A stretch of DNA of 64,000 bases. Source: Blastocystis sp. Blastoise. Taxonomy: Eukaryota > Protista > Bigyra: Opalinata. A model generated the notes under the pieces. The model saw nothing but the letters and a program-made list of their open reading frames with translations, ran no database searches and had not been told where the DNA came from. This document shows, piece by piece, positions 1-18,345 of this stretch. The translations under genes and the position numbers were made by a program. The stretch lies in contig JBBPEB010000026.1 of assembly GCA_039096225.1 (NCBI GenBank), forward strand, positions 841,357 through 905,356, given 5' to 3'. The stretch's first letter is position 1, and each line of letters opens with the position of its first letter.

Positions 1-65
<65 letters not shown>

Positions 66-80
66 ATTATAATTATATAC

Positions 81-248
81 CTTTTCAAGGGCTTCAGCTC
101 TCTTCTCAGAATAAGCAGCAAATCGATCTAATAAGGAAAGTTTAGGAGTAGAATTATCTTGAGAATTACTACGTTTACGAGGGAAAAGATTCTTTCTTTC
201 CTTTTCTATATATATATATATATATATATATTAATAATAATAATAAAT

Positions 249-279
<31 letters not shown>

Positions 280-3200
280 TATATATATACCTAATTCAAT
301 TTTTTGTTGATTTTCTTCTTCTTCCTTCATTTTTTGAATTTTATTTAAAGTGATTTTACCTCGTTCAAGAAGACTATCAGCATGTAACTATATATATTAT
401 TATATTATTATTAATATATATTCTAATGATAATTATAATCATATATATATATATATACAATTGGATTGACAACAATCATTTTACGAGCTTTTTCGGATAT
501 TTCAGGAACATAAGTATATTGTTTTTCTTCTTCTTTTGCCATAGCTTCTATTTTTTCTTTTCTCTTTTTCTCCCATGCTAACATTGCAGATATATGATTC
601 TATACATATATAATAATAATAATATTAAATATTAATATATAAATTAATATATATACATTCACTTCATCTTTAGAAATAATTTTCTTTTCTTCAGGAACAG
701 TGGACTATATTAATAATAAATAGAATAATGATAATATATATATATAGATATACTTCTTTCTTTTGTTCTTTCTTAGATAATTGATATAACTTATTCCAAC
801 GTGTATTCTATAACGATTAAAATAAATAAAAACACATAATAATAATAAATATAATTCACATAACAATAATAATAACAATACTAACAATAAATATAATTCA
901 CATAACAATAAATAATATACTTCATTATTTGTTGCTAATGCTTTCAATTCAGATTTTGTTAATAATCGTGGCTTTTTCTCAATAGGAGTTGATTCTTTAG
1001 GTATTTCTCGTTTAATCGGAGTAGCTAATTGTTCCATTCTCTTGGAAATAGCAAATGGATACTGATCTCCCTTCTTATAACCTTTATATAAAGCAAATTT
1101 CTTCTTCTTTTCTTCTTCTTCCATTAATTCTCTCTTCTTCTTTTCTTCTTCATGTATCTTTTGTTCCTTCATTTTCTGTTCATATCTTTCTAACATCTTT
1201 GGACCACTTGGAATTGTAACACGACCCTCACGTGGCTTAGGAATAGGAATGTCACGTGATCCATTCTCAAGTTCTAATAAATTAATAGGTTTTGTATTAC
1301 GATTCTTTTCAAGTGCTAATTTAAATGAACGAGGAGGAGGAATTAATCCTAACGCAAATATAACAGCGTTATCCGTACATGATTTATATTCTTTATGAAT
1401 AATATCATTCCATAATTCAGAATCTTCTATTTCTTTCCATTCAATAATAGATTTATTTCTCAAACCTTCTTCGATCTTCTTACTACTTTCATCTATTATA
1501 TATAAATCTTTCTCAGTTTCTATAGTATGAACTCTATATGCTTTATTTTCTATTACATAATATTTATAATGTTTCATATCTAAAATATCATTATATACTA
1601 AAGCATTCTCATGAGTAGAATGATAATTAAATTGACGACTATTCCCACGGGGAGTCATTGATTTTCCTTGACCACTTAATAATAATCCATTCTTATTCAT
1701 ATCAATTTGAATAGTAAGTTTCTTCTTATCTTTATTTATTTGTTTAGGAATAGTAGGAGTATTAAGAGGAGTAGTAGAAGTTGATTTAGGTTTATAAAGT
1801 CTATTTACTGTATCATTTATTTGTTTTTTAGATAAAGAATGAGGTGTTTTAACAGGAGAAGAAGCAGGAATAGACATACTCTTTCGTTTATTAGATACAG
1901 ATGTAGTATTCAATTTTGAAGGAATAACATGTGGTATCTTAGAAGCTTGAGAAGTCTGTTTTGATTCAGTTATTGGCGCAATAATAGTGGATGACTCAGG
2001 AACAGTATTCTCATTATTTAATTGTTCTTCAACAGCAATAGGTTGTTCTTCAATTTGTTTTTCAGCAATTATAGGTTGTTCTGGAGCTATAATTTCTTCA
2101 ACTTTAGGTTGTTCTTCAACAATAGGTTGTTCTTCAATAACAGATTGTTCTTCAGCAGCTATAGGTTTTTCTTCAACAACAGGTTGTTCTCCAACATTAA
2201 TAGGTTGTTCATCAACTATAGGTTGTTCTTCAATAACAGATTGTTCTTCAGCAGCTATAGGTTTTTCTTCAACAACAGGTTGTTCTTCAACATTAATAGG
2301 TTGTTCTTCAATAACAGGTTGTTCTTCAACATTAATAGGTTGTTCTTCAACTTTAGATTGTTCTTCAATAAGTATAGGTTCTTCAGACACATGCTGTTCT
2401 TCAACAACAGGTTGTTCTTCAACATTAATAGGTTGTTCTTCAACTTTAGATTGTTCTTCAATAAGTATAGGTTCTTCAGACACATGCTGTTCTTCAGCAG
2501 CTATAGGTTTTTCTTCAACTATAGGTTTTTCTTCAACAGCTACAGGCTTTTCAGCATCAATGGATTGTTCTTCAATTATAGGTTCTTCAACAACAACAGG
2601 TTGCTCTTCAACTATAGGTTGTTCTTCAACAGGTACAGGCTTTTCAGCATCAATGGGTTGTTCTTTAATTGGTTCTTCAACTGCAACAGGTTGTTCTTCA
2701 ACAATAGGTTGTTCTTCAACTTTAGGTTGTTCTTCAACTTTAGGTTGTTCTTCAACAACTATAGGTTCTTCAGACACATGCTGTTCTTCAGCAGCTATAG
2801 GTTGTTCTTCAACTATAGGTTGCTCTTCAACAATAGCTTCTTCAACAGGTACAGGTTTTTCAGCATCAACGGGTTGTTCTTTAATTGGTTCTTCAACAGC
2901 TACAGGTTTTTCTTCAACAGATACAATAGGTTGCTCTTCAACTGCAACAGGCTCTTCATTAATAATAGGTTGTTCAGCAGAAACTATAGGTCCTTCAACT
3001 ATTACAGGTTGTTCTTTAGCAACAGGTTCTTCATTATTAATAGGTTGCTGTTCAACTGCTACAGTTTCTTCATTATTAATAGGTTGTTCTTCAACTATTA
3101 CAGGTTCTTCAGCTATAGGTTGCTCATTAACAACAACCTGTTGTTGTTCTTCAATTGGTTCCTCATTAATAACTGATTCTTCAACAATAGGTTGCTCAGC

Positions 3201-5062
3201 AGGTTCTTCTAATTCTACTTGTTCAACAGGAATAGTCTCTTGAGAAACAATAGGTTCCTCTTCACTAGCTATAGGTTGTTCTTCAACTATAGGTTGCTCT
3301 TCAATAGTAGATTCTTCTTCAGCAATAGGTTCCTCTTCATTAGCAATAGGTTGTTCTTTATTAGCTATAGGTTGTTCTTCAACTATAGGTTGTTCTTCAA
3401 CGATAGGTTCTTCAATAGCAACAGGTTCAATAGGTTGTTCTTCAGTAGCTATAGGTTGTTCTTCATTATTAATAGGTTGTTCTTCAGTAGCTACAGGTAC
3501 TTCTTCATTAGCAATAGGTTGTTCTTCAGTAGCAATAGGCTCTTCAGTTTGAATAGATTGTTCTTCGACAGGTTCTTCAACAACAACAGGTTCTTCAACA
3601 ACAACAGGTTCAACAGGTTGTTCTTCAGTACCTACAACAGGTTGTTCTTCAACGATAGGTTCTTCAATAGCAACAGGTTCAACAGATTTTTCTTCAACGA
3701 TAGGTTCTTCAATAGCAACAGGTTCAACAGATTGTTCTTCAATATGTTCTTCAATAAGAGATTGTTCTTCGACAGGAGTAACAGGTTGTTCTTCAACGAT
3801 AGGTTCTTCAATAGCAGCAGGTTCAACAGGCTGTTCTTCAACGATAGGTTGTTCTTCTACATTAATAGGTTGTTCTTCATTAGCTATAGGCTGTTCTTCA
3901 ACTATAGGTTGCTCTTCAACAATAGGTTGTTCTTCTACATTAATAGGTTGTTCTTCTACATTAATAGGTTGCTCTTCAACAATAGCTTCTTCTTCAGTAA
4001 CAACAGGTTGTTCTTCATTAGTATAGTTGTCCATTGATTGTTCTGGTATAATTTCACTTGATTCGTCTGCTATAGGTTGTTGTTCACCAGTAGTATAATC
4101 TTCAGTATATTCAGTTTCTACAGGTTGTTCAGTAAAATTAGTATCTTCATAAGAACCATTATTATCATAGTATTCTTGATTTTCACCTTCTTGAGTATAT
4201 TCTTGATTATAATCACCTTCTTGAGTATATTCTTCTTGATTTTCACCTTCTTGAGTATATTCTTCTTGATTATATTCACCTTCTTGATTATATTCACCTT
4301 CTTGAGTATATTCTTCTTGATTTTCACCTTCTTGATTATATTCTTCTTGATTATATTCACCTTCTTGATTATAATCACCTTCTTGAGTATATTCACCTTC
4401 TTGAGTATATTCACCTTCTTGAGTATAATTTTCTTGATTATATTCACCTTCTTGATTATATTCTTCTTGATTATATTCACCTTCTTGATTATATTCACCT
4501 TCTTGAGTATATTCTTCTTGATTATAATTTTCTTGATAATCACCTTCTTGAGTATATATGGGTTGTTCTCCTTCAGTATATGATTCTACGTAAGATTCAT
4601 TGACTTCAGGATCTTGGGGTTCATAATTATAACTTTCATTTTGAACTTCTTCTGGATTTTCAGTATTTTGGTTTTCAACATTTGAATTTTCATCAACTAG
4701 ATTTTGATCACCAGAAATATCAACTACATATAAAAAAATAAAATAAGAAAAATAGTATTATAAGCAAATGAACACTATTAAAAAATAAAAAAATGTGAAG
4801 AACAATACAATAATAACGATTATGAATAGGAATAAAGAGTATGAATAATATTATATGATAAATAGCATAAATGAATATGAATAAAGAAGATTCAAAAACA
4901 AATGTATACCTTCTTGATTATAAGTATCTTCAGTAACATTGGAATCTTCATTTCTAGCTTCAACAACATCAACAGTATTCACTAAACAACGTAAAACACT
5001 ACTTAAGATGGAATACAGAATAAAATACCTGAAGATTCATTGTTATTTTCGTCATTATCCAT
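81..5062 (-). CDS. Multi-exon acidic (EEQP / QEGEY) repeat protein with a basic C-terminal region; probable microtubule/cytoskeleton-associated protein; 3' end runs off the window
   Basis: ATG at 5062 (MDNDENNNESS). GT-AG introns at ~4982-5028 and ~4724-4909. The large exon ~921-4723 is open upstream of the 705..4034 ORF. Further small exons follow toward position 81 (NTRWNKLYQLSKKEQKKE; STVPEEKKIISKDEVN; YVPEISEKARKM). Motifs such as SKRMEQLATP and VNRLYKPK resemble THEG/Mn-type microtubule-binding repeats (inference). No signal peptide seen. Confidence 0.8.
2020..4560 (-). repeat. Coding tandem repeats: EEQP(I/V)x units (~2020-4020) and QEGEY(T/N)/QEEYN units (~4170-4560)
   Basis: Directly visible GGTTGTTCTTC and CACCTTCTTGA periodicity on the + strand, with larger duplicated blocks (e.g. 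SEEPILIEEQSKVEEQPINVEEQP twice). Confidence 0.95.
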
Positions 5063-5751
5063 ATAGATCGAATTATGTATTATATAGAATAATAATATAT
5101 ATTCCTATAAGTAATAGAAATAAATTGAAATAAATAAATTTATTAAATGTGTTTAATTATCTGAACTGAACTAAATTATTTCTTGTTGATCATAGTCTAC
5201 AGAATGAATCACTAAACATTACGAATAATATACTTTCATGGGAATTCAAAAACAAATTAGTGAAAAACTGTAATTTTCAAAAGTGAGTCATTTTTAGAAT
5301 TTGGTATTCAAAGTATATGTTTCTTTTGAATCTATTGTTTTGATATGAATTAGTAAGCATGATTAACCTAGTTGTATTGAGATTATTTTGAATAGAATAT
5401 TTGTTAGATTGATTTCAAATAATGAATGATTTTCTTGTTCATTTTTGTTTGTTATTATGTCTTAAATGATTCATTTAAATTGTGATTTTAATTTTAACAT
5501 GCTAAAAAAAATTTTATTCAGATAATATAGAATCATGGTGAGTGTATGTACTGCTTTTTATAGTTAGAACCAAAATAAATAAATGAATATATAGAATATG
5601 AATACATAAATTTGTTAAACAATTAACTTTATCAATAATTGATAAATAAAAGTTAAAAAAGAAATAAAAAGAACAGAAAAATAAGAATTAAAGAAAAAAA
5701 TTATATGAAATGCATTGTAATTAATATAAACATTATTAATATTTACCAAAA

Positions 5752-10542
<4,791 letters not shown>

Positions 10543-10789
10543 AATGTTTGAATAGAATTAAAATAAACTGATCTGTTTCACATTACTTTTTATCGAGTAT
10601 TTTTTAATCAAGGGAAAACGTTACCAATACATAATAAATAATTCAAAAATAATCATGGTTTTTTATTGTACTAAGAAAAGCTAGTGTTTCTAAATGATGT
10701 CATTTTTTTTACTTATCCCTCAGATCAAAGAAAAGAGAGATTTTTTAATTTTTTTAGAATCAAGGGAACAACAATATTATAAGTGAATA

Positions 10790-11360
10790 AATGGAAATTT
10801 ACATGATTCGTTTCTTGTCCAGAAAAAAACTGACGATAATTTTTATTTGAAACACTCTTTCTCAAAGGAGATATATTATTAATTTATTAGATTCTTTTGG
10901 TATATCAGGATAACTGGAGTGTATGAAAATGTACACAGAAAAACTGACATTTAAAGAAATATCATTTCATTTTCCTTGTTGATGTAATGTAATATGCTAA
11001 ATACTTTAAAGATTTCCTATATGTAAGAAATAATAAGATATATGAAACATATTGAAATCAAGTTAATGGTGTTCTTTTATTAATTACAGATATTACTGGT
11101 GTTGAAGTGCTTATTATTATATTTTATAGATACATCATAAGGTATAGTGAGCTGTATTCAAGATACTAGATCCAATGAATGATGAGAGAAAACAGATTAT
11201 CCAGTTTCTAAATGAAAAGGCTTGTAGGAGTTTCATTTATAGGTTTATTTACATTAATATAAACAGACCATCGAAATGAATGTATAATATGTATATATAT
11301 TGAAAAATAGTCTATAATTAATTATATTTGATGATAATCTTAATATATATTGTAGAATGT
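10790..11360 (+). pseudogene. Decayed small-exon gene remnant, product unknown
   Basis: Exon-like, more GC-rich blocks bounded by TAG acceptors (e.g. VFKILDPMNDERKQIIQFLNEKAC), interrupted by stops. Confidence 0.3.
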
Positions 11361-11624
11361 GTAAAAAACAAATTCATATACAACATAAAGATTTATTTTA
11401 TTCTATAGTAATAATAAAAACTTTTTAAATAGTATTCCTGGTTCTTTTTTATTTTTAAAGGGTAAAATTTATATATATAATATTATCTATATTATATAAT
11501 TTTATTAAACAAAAAATAAACAATTTTTCTATAATAAAAAAAAATATCTTTATAATAAAGTATAAAAAGAAAAAAATAACAAAAAATTATTTGAGAAAAA
11601 AATAACATAATATAATAATATTAA

Positions 11625-13151
11625 CACTCTTGGGAAAAACCCGATTTTTGGGAAAAAACCCGGTTTTTCCAAAAAAATGACTGAGAAAAAAAATCTTGTT
11701 TTGCTTATTATTTTGTTATTGACTAAGCTTATATTGATATATAATAATGATTTTTAATCATAAGGATGTCAGCTACCAAAGTTTAGATTCTTGTAAGTTT
11801 ACATTAAGTTTCTAAAGATTTGGCTCACAATTGTCCAACATTTTGTATGTGTATTTCAATATAATATAAACTTTGTTTTATTAAGACAATCATTATGATT
11901 ATATTTATAAGAAAATCAAGTTTAAAATCAAGAAATAAAATACCGAAAAAGGCAATTAAGCAAAACTCTGTAACTACTTATTTTGAAACACTTAAGTACG
12001 AATATCACGTAAGAAGACAAGATTAGTTACTCTGTGAATGCAATATTATAAGATATAACTTAAAGACTCTTTTAAATTATTTGCCAAAAAACACTATTTT
12101 TCTATTTTTCTTCTCAATTTTTCTTTAAAAATATTTATTTATAAATTCTTTATATATTTACAATAAATACTTGATAATGCAGAGAATTTAGATAAATAAA
12201 GTATTAATCTTAGCTATTATTGAATTTAACCATATTGCAATTTTCTTCAGAAAACAATATACAATATGTCACAAAGTCTTTTTACTTTATTATTACAAGT
12301 CTCCATGTTGTTTCATTTCTAACTAGAATTTTAAAATAGTTCAACATGTGACTGACGGTTTATTAGAGGTATTTAAAAAAGTTTTTTTGGTATATTTAAA
12401 ACAATATTTTATCTCTTTTGACAGTAATTATTTAAAATAAAATGATGTAAATATAGAATATGTTAAAGGTGATAAAACAATATATAAAAAATAAATGAAA
12501 CAAAGGTTTCTATACTTTGTGTAAATGAGAAATGTTGACATTCATAAGAAAAAACTATTTGTAAGTGGTTTACAAAATAAAATAAATATGTGTTATTTAA
12601 GTAATATACAAGTATATTATATTATAATAAACGAAATATTCTCATCTATTATGAAAACGTTTAAAATATGTCAACAACATTCAAGAACATTTCCAGTTTC
12701 TCAACTAAAAAAACATAATAATTAAATATTTCTGATATATAAGAGTGTTTTAGAGAATTGAGAAGTGAAAGAAGAAAATAAAAACATTCAACTACTTTAG
12801 GAACAATATAGACTCGAAGTCATCATTTATCGTATACTCTCTATGTATTAAATGCAATAAAACCTTTACTTATTTATTTCCCAAACACTGTGAATCATAT
12901 CTCTCACAATTACAAATGAAATTAAAGTATGTCATTTTGAAGCCATATTGTTAATTAATAATTTTAACACCGAAATGATGTATTGTATAGAACTACATTA
13001 CAAAAATAAACATATATGGCTTTTCTTATTTAGTCTTAAAGCATAAACTAGTTGAATATACTTAAAAATAGATCAAAAAAATGACTTAAAAAACGCTTTT
13101 TCTTTAAAAAAACCGGGTTTTTTCCCAAAAATCGGGTTTTCCCCAAGAGTG
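11625..13151. mobile_element. Non-autonomous CACTA-superfamily element with CACTC ends, 1527 bp
   Basis: Left end CACTCTTGGGAAAAACCCGATTTTTGGGAAAAAACCCGGTTTTT. The right end is its reverse complement with one mismatch, ending ...CCCCAAGAGTG at 13151. 3-bp TSD TAA at 11622-11624 and 13152-13154. No intact ORF inside. Confidence 0.9.
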
Positions 13152-13163
13152 TAAAATAAATAT

Positions 13164-14670
13164 TTAATCTAAAGAAAGAGTTAAATGATTTGTTTGTATT
13201 CTAGAACATGCAATAAAACTGAAACTAGAGAGTGGAGATTCAATACAATCGGATCCATAAGATAAGAGATATAATTCTGCTAAGGCAATAGCACCATTTT
13301 CTTCTAAAGATTGTATATCTGTATTAAATTTCATATCTGTATGAGTAATTTTACCTAATTCAACTACAAATGCTTTTTCTTTTAAAATAGATTTTGCATA
13401 TTCTTTAAATTTACTGGAATCACTAGCAATATAAGCATAAGATAAATTACTTGCTTTTAAACGTTCAGATATAATATTTACAATTTTACCCATTGTATCT
13501 CCTTTCATTCTTTCTTTTGAAGTATCATGTAAATCAGATAATTTTCCATAACGTATATGACAACTTAAGAATTTATCAGTTTTATAATTAGGAAAATATT
13601 TTTGCATTAAATCATAAATAGGTTTATATGGAGTTAAAAAGGTATCTAAAATATAAAATACAGAATCATAAGTAGAAACAGGTCCTGGATGATATATATC
13701 TTTACGTTTTATATTTAATTCATCTAATGTATTGAAATAAAGTGGATTCTTAAGAAGATAATCTGTTAGTGTACCATATCCAGTAAAAAATAATCGACGA
13801 TAATCTTTACCATAAAATGCACATAAATTTCGTTTATTAATTAAAGGCTCATTTTTATTATTTCGATCAATATTATGATTGATTATATATTCAGATGTTC
13901 TCAGCTTTACTTTCGTTCTAGCTATATCATAATAATACAAGTAATCATCCCAACTATATTTCTGAATTTGCCCAGGAAAATGCTCTTTTATTGTATATTG
14001 AAGAATAAATGAACTATATTCAGGAACTATATATATAATATATATTGTTAGATATATATTTATAATATATATTGTTTGAAATATATATAATAAATATATA
14101 TATATATTGAGTGTTAGAAACATATAAAAATATGATAATAAAACATATATATATTTAATATATTAAAATATATATATATATACTAAAAATGGGAATTTTT
14201 TCAACAGTAGAAATAATATATAACATTGTAAAACAATTGATTTGATTTCCTAAACCACCTCCAGGAACAAAATAAAAAGCAAGTTTATTACATATTGGTA
14301 TATCTTCTATATATTTTTATATATTATTATTATAAACTTATTGAATAGATTTTATTGATATAAATATAATTATATATATACTATAAGCTAGTTTTGAATA
14401 ATCTTTTAGATAATCTGCTTCATTTACAGGAATAATTACCTTGCTGTGAGATATAACACTCTTTTTATTCTCTGAAATATCAGTCATATGTGTTTCATTT
14501 CGTTCACATTGTTTAGAGACTTTACTTTTTAGACTTGAATTCTGGGTTATAGCAAGTGTTTCAATATGTTGTTCTGTATGAAATCTGACAAAATATAGAA
14601 GCGTACCAGCGACCATAAATAATAATAAGTTAGTGATCAGTAACAATTGAATCAGACAGTTTTTATTCAT
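13164..14670 (-). CDS. Type II membrane fucosyltransferase-like protein (GT11/GT23/GT37-like GT-B fold), 3 exons, ~424 aa
   Basis: Exons 14670-14382, 14306-14184 and 14026-13164 splice in frame. N-terminal TM segment. Motifs GGGLGNQ, CHIRYG, AYIASDS and LAELYLLSYGSDCIESPLSSFS are the FucT motifs I-III. Confidence 0.85.
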
Positions 14671-14857
14671 TGCTTAAGACAGAAAGTGAAATATAAACAA
14701 AATGTAAATCTGTCATAAGAAAATAAAAAAAGAGTCAATTGTATGTACAGAAATGAAAACACGGGAAAATAGAATTATATACATACTTTATATATATTTA
14801 CCATGAAAAAATATAAAAAGTCTTTAGTTCTTTTTTATTTTATGTCGTTTCTAAAAC

Positions 14858-15064
14858 ATCCATAAAAAGACTCTTTTGGTATGGAAATACCATAAGAGAG
14901 TCTTTTGGATTGGTGCTTTATAAACAGAATTCGCCACGAAGACTCTGTTGGAATTCAAAACTCCCCAAAGAGGCTGTTTTAAGGGTACTTCTGGCGTTAC
15001 AAGGCATAGGATAAAAAACTTCGGAGGTAGAGTTTCTACCGTCGGTAGTATCGGGTGTACACTA
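14858..15064. other. GC-enriched multi-hairpin segment; candidate structured ncRNA or regulatory element
   Basis: Long imperfect hairpin 14858-14910 with a GGAA loop, further stems at ~14924-14948 and ~15035-15048. No family recognised. Confidence 0.3.
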
Positions 15065-15309
15065 ATTTTAATATTTCTAGAGATGAAGAAAAAACTCTCT
15101 TGGAATGAAATTATTACTCTAAGAATAATTAACCGAATTATGAAAATATTGTTTTTTTTCAATGAACTTAATTGGAATAATGAAAGAATATAGTTTTATA
15201 TAAATAGAATAATGAGAATTATTCTTCATCATTAACTATATCAGAATATTCTTTCTAAAAAGTGATATCTTCCACTAAATACACTGGTAGGCACTTTTGA
15301 GTTTTTGAA

Positions 15310-15680
15310 GGTTTTTGATTGGCTAATTTTCGTTCAAAACTTATTCAGCCAATAAAATTTGAATAAAAAAAAGACTTAGGCAAAAAAAATAAAATTTTCA
15401 CAAAATTTTTAAGTCGACTTTTGATTTAGACTCAAAGACCCTATTTGACATATTTTAACAAAGAATTGACATTAATTTTTGTTTACAGAGGGTCGCACAA
15501 TATCAAAAACGCTTTTCTTTTGTTTTAAATCGTAATTCCGACAAATAATGGGGTCAATATTTTAAAACCTCTTGTTACTCTGTTTAAAATAAAGACCCTC
15601 TCAGAGTCGCACACATGATTAAAAGTGAATAAAAAGACCTCTATGGGTCAAAACCAAAATTCAGCCAAAAAGTCAAAAAT
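15310..15680. repeat. Left subterminal region: ATTGG...CCAAT inverted pair and dispersed GAGGGTC/GACCCT and GTCGCACA motifs in both orientations
   Basis: AAAGACCCT at 15434 and 15591, CAGAGGGTCGCACA at 15486, GAGTCGCACA at 15604, AAAGACCTCT at ~15633. Confidence 0.55.
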
Positions 15681-16869
15681 TTATATTTTTTTTACACTGA
15701 AAAAATGAGCCGAGCCTATTTGTTCCATGGGCAATCAGACCAGAGTTTTCAATTTTTAAAATATTTACGGGAATATTTTTATTGTTTAAAAGTGAGTCTA
15801 TTTATATTTTATTTTATATAAGAGGACACAAGTGTTTTAAAAAAGGTTTTTCATTAAATTTTATTATGACTCAAAGTTCCGCATACAAAAAGTATGTCAA
15901 AGCTTATAGATAAAGGGTTCTTTTTCAGAATCAACTAAAAGTTTTTTTTTAAGTCATTTTTAGAGTTAATTCTTCAACGGATGGACATTTTAAGTTATAA
16001 TTAATAGTTTTTGGACGAGTTAGTCAACAGATCAGAGAGTCAACAAAAATGAGTTATTTTTTAAAGGTTAAAAGTGTGGGATGCAGTAGTATTGTATAGA
16101 TGGTGTAGTGTGAAACGTGTCATAACTTATAAATATGATAGTGAGTCATAAAAAATTAAAAAAATTAAAGAAAGGTATTTTCATGAAAAATTTTGTATTT
16201 CACTTGAACATTTGAATTTATTAGTGAATTTATAATTATTTTTATTTTATTGTCTCTAAGAGGAATTAGAGCTTCTCACAGTGTTTATGTATGTTTAGAA
16301 GACAAGAATGTATTGTGTCAGTTTTCCATTCTGTAGTCCCTCTTCCTATCAGACTGTCTCCTTGGTCAACCTCAAAAATTTAATCAACAGAGTTGCTGCT
16401 ACTTTTGTTTAACAAGATTATTTCCTTGTTCTTATTCCAACGCTTTCAAGAAACAACTTGCCATGCTATAAAAAGTATATAAATGTATTATTTGTTTTTC
16501 TATTCATTACTTTTTTTTTCAATTACTAAATATAAATATGTTTTTAATATTGGCTTATTTTAAATTGTATACAATTTATATTAATTATAATTTATATTAT
16601 ATAGAATGATAGGTTTTGTTGTCTATTCATACATCAAATTGTTAGTTAAGTCCTGTTAAAGATTAAACGGTATATAGATAGAAATTATTATTAATATTAT
16701 TATTATTATTATATATTATATTATTATTATTATTATTATTATTATTTGATTATTATTATTGTTATTATTATTATTTGATTATTTATTACGGGTATTCTTT
16801 AAAAAAATTAATAAATTACCCTAAAATTATTAATAATTTTTTTATTTTCTAAAAATATTTTATATATAG

Positions 16870-18345
16870 ATCTAAAAGAGATAGTTCTAGACTAAATAAT
16901 CTACATATAAATTCTAATAAAATAAATAAAATTGATATAAATGGATCAGCTATAAATAATATGAATAAAGATAAAAATAATAAAGAAACAGATGAATCGA
17001 ATCTCTCTCTTAAAGATAATTCTATTTCTATAAATAATAATAATATACATTCAAATAAACATCGTAAAGAATCAAATGTTTCTAATTCTTCATCTTCTTC
17101 ATCTTTATTTTCATCTCAAGATAAAAATACAAATAATTCAAAAGATATATCAAATAATAAGAATCATTCTTCTGTTAAAGGTAATAGTATTCATGATTCT
17201 TCTAAAAATATTATAAATTATATAAATTAGATGAATAATAGAAATCATAGTATTGATTATTCAAATATAAATAATATACAAGAAGAGGAAAAAGAAAGAA
17301 AAGAAGAAAGTATACCAGAAGAAAAAGAACAAAAAGAAGAAAAAATAGAAAAACATAAAGAAAAAGAGACAAGAGAAGAAAGAAAAGAAGAAGATGATGA
17401 TGAAGAAGAAGAAGAAATAAAAGAAAGAGAAGAAGAAGAAGAAAAAGAAGATAATGATAATGATGATGATACTACAAGTATAATAACAGATACCGATAGA
17501 GTATCTAATCCTATTATTCGTGGCCGTGGTCGTGGACGTGGTAAATTACGATCTCATGGTAGAGGAAGAGGAAGAGGAAGAGGAAGAGGTTCATTCTATC
17601 ATTATGACGATAGTGATAATCAAAGTGAAAATGAAAATGATGAAACATTTGAAATAGATAATGATAAAAATGATAAAAAAGAAAATTATCATTCTATTTC
17701 ACGTCATAATTATGATTCTACTTATAATATAGATGGAAATGATTTAGATAAATATAAACGTAAAGGTATAAATATGAAATTAAAAAAGAATAAACGTCGT
17801 AATAATGATGATGATAGTTCTGATGATTATGTGAAACATAGAAGGAATAGTATTTCTAAAGAATCTTTAAAAAGAAAATCAAGTATTAAAAGTGATTATT
17901 CTTCAATAAGTAAATCTAAAGATGATAGTATAAAGAGTTCTACTATAAATAATTCTATAAAGAATAATTCTATTCATATTAATAAACCATTATCTTCAAT
18001 AGATGGTAAAACATTATTAGATTTAGAAGGATCTGCTCATAAAAATTCACGGTTATTTGAAGAATATCATTCTATGGATATATCAAATGAAACTAATAAT
18101 AATAATACTAATGGTAATTAAATATTAATAATAATAAAGATAATAATAAAGATAATCATAAAGATAATCATAAGTATAATAATAATAATAGTAATATTAT
18201 TATTATTATTAATAATAATATTACGACAGCAACAACAACAACAACTACTACTACTACTAATATAGAGAATATTCCTAATAATACTCCTTATAAAGAAATA
18301 TGGCATATTGGTCAAATAATAAGAACATATAATAAAGATGAGAGT
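16870..18345 (+). pseudogene. Disrupted low-complexity 5' part of the captured chromatin gene (N/S-rich, acidic, RG-repeat)
   Basis: In-frame TAG at 17228-17230 and a frameshift near 18119-18123. The frame resumes and runs into ATG 18346. Possible further degenerate exons at ~16336-16670. Confidence 0.7.

Noticed and set aside
1987-4583. Long + strand ORFs (GCSST- and FFNNR-rich) and minus-strand alternative-frame ORFs over the repeat gene
   Set aside because: Shadow frames of the EEQP/QEGEY coding repeats; no independent coding signal.
14858-15064. Partial resemblance to 5S rRNA (CACCCGAT..CTCCGAAGTT, minus strand), the U1 loop (CACGAAG) and U2 (GTAGTATC)
   Set aside because: Only short words match; spacing and the other conserved elements are missing.
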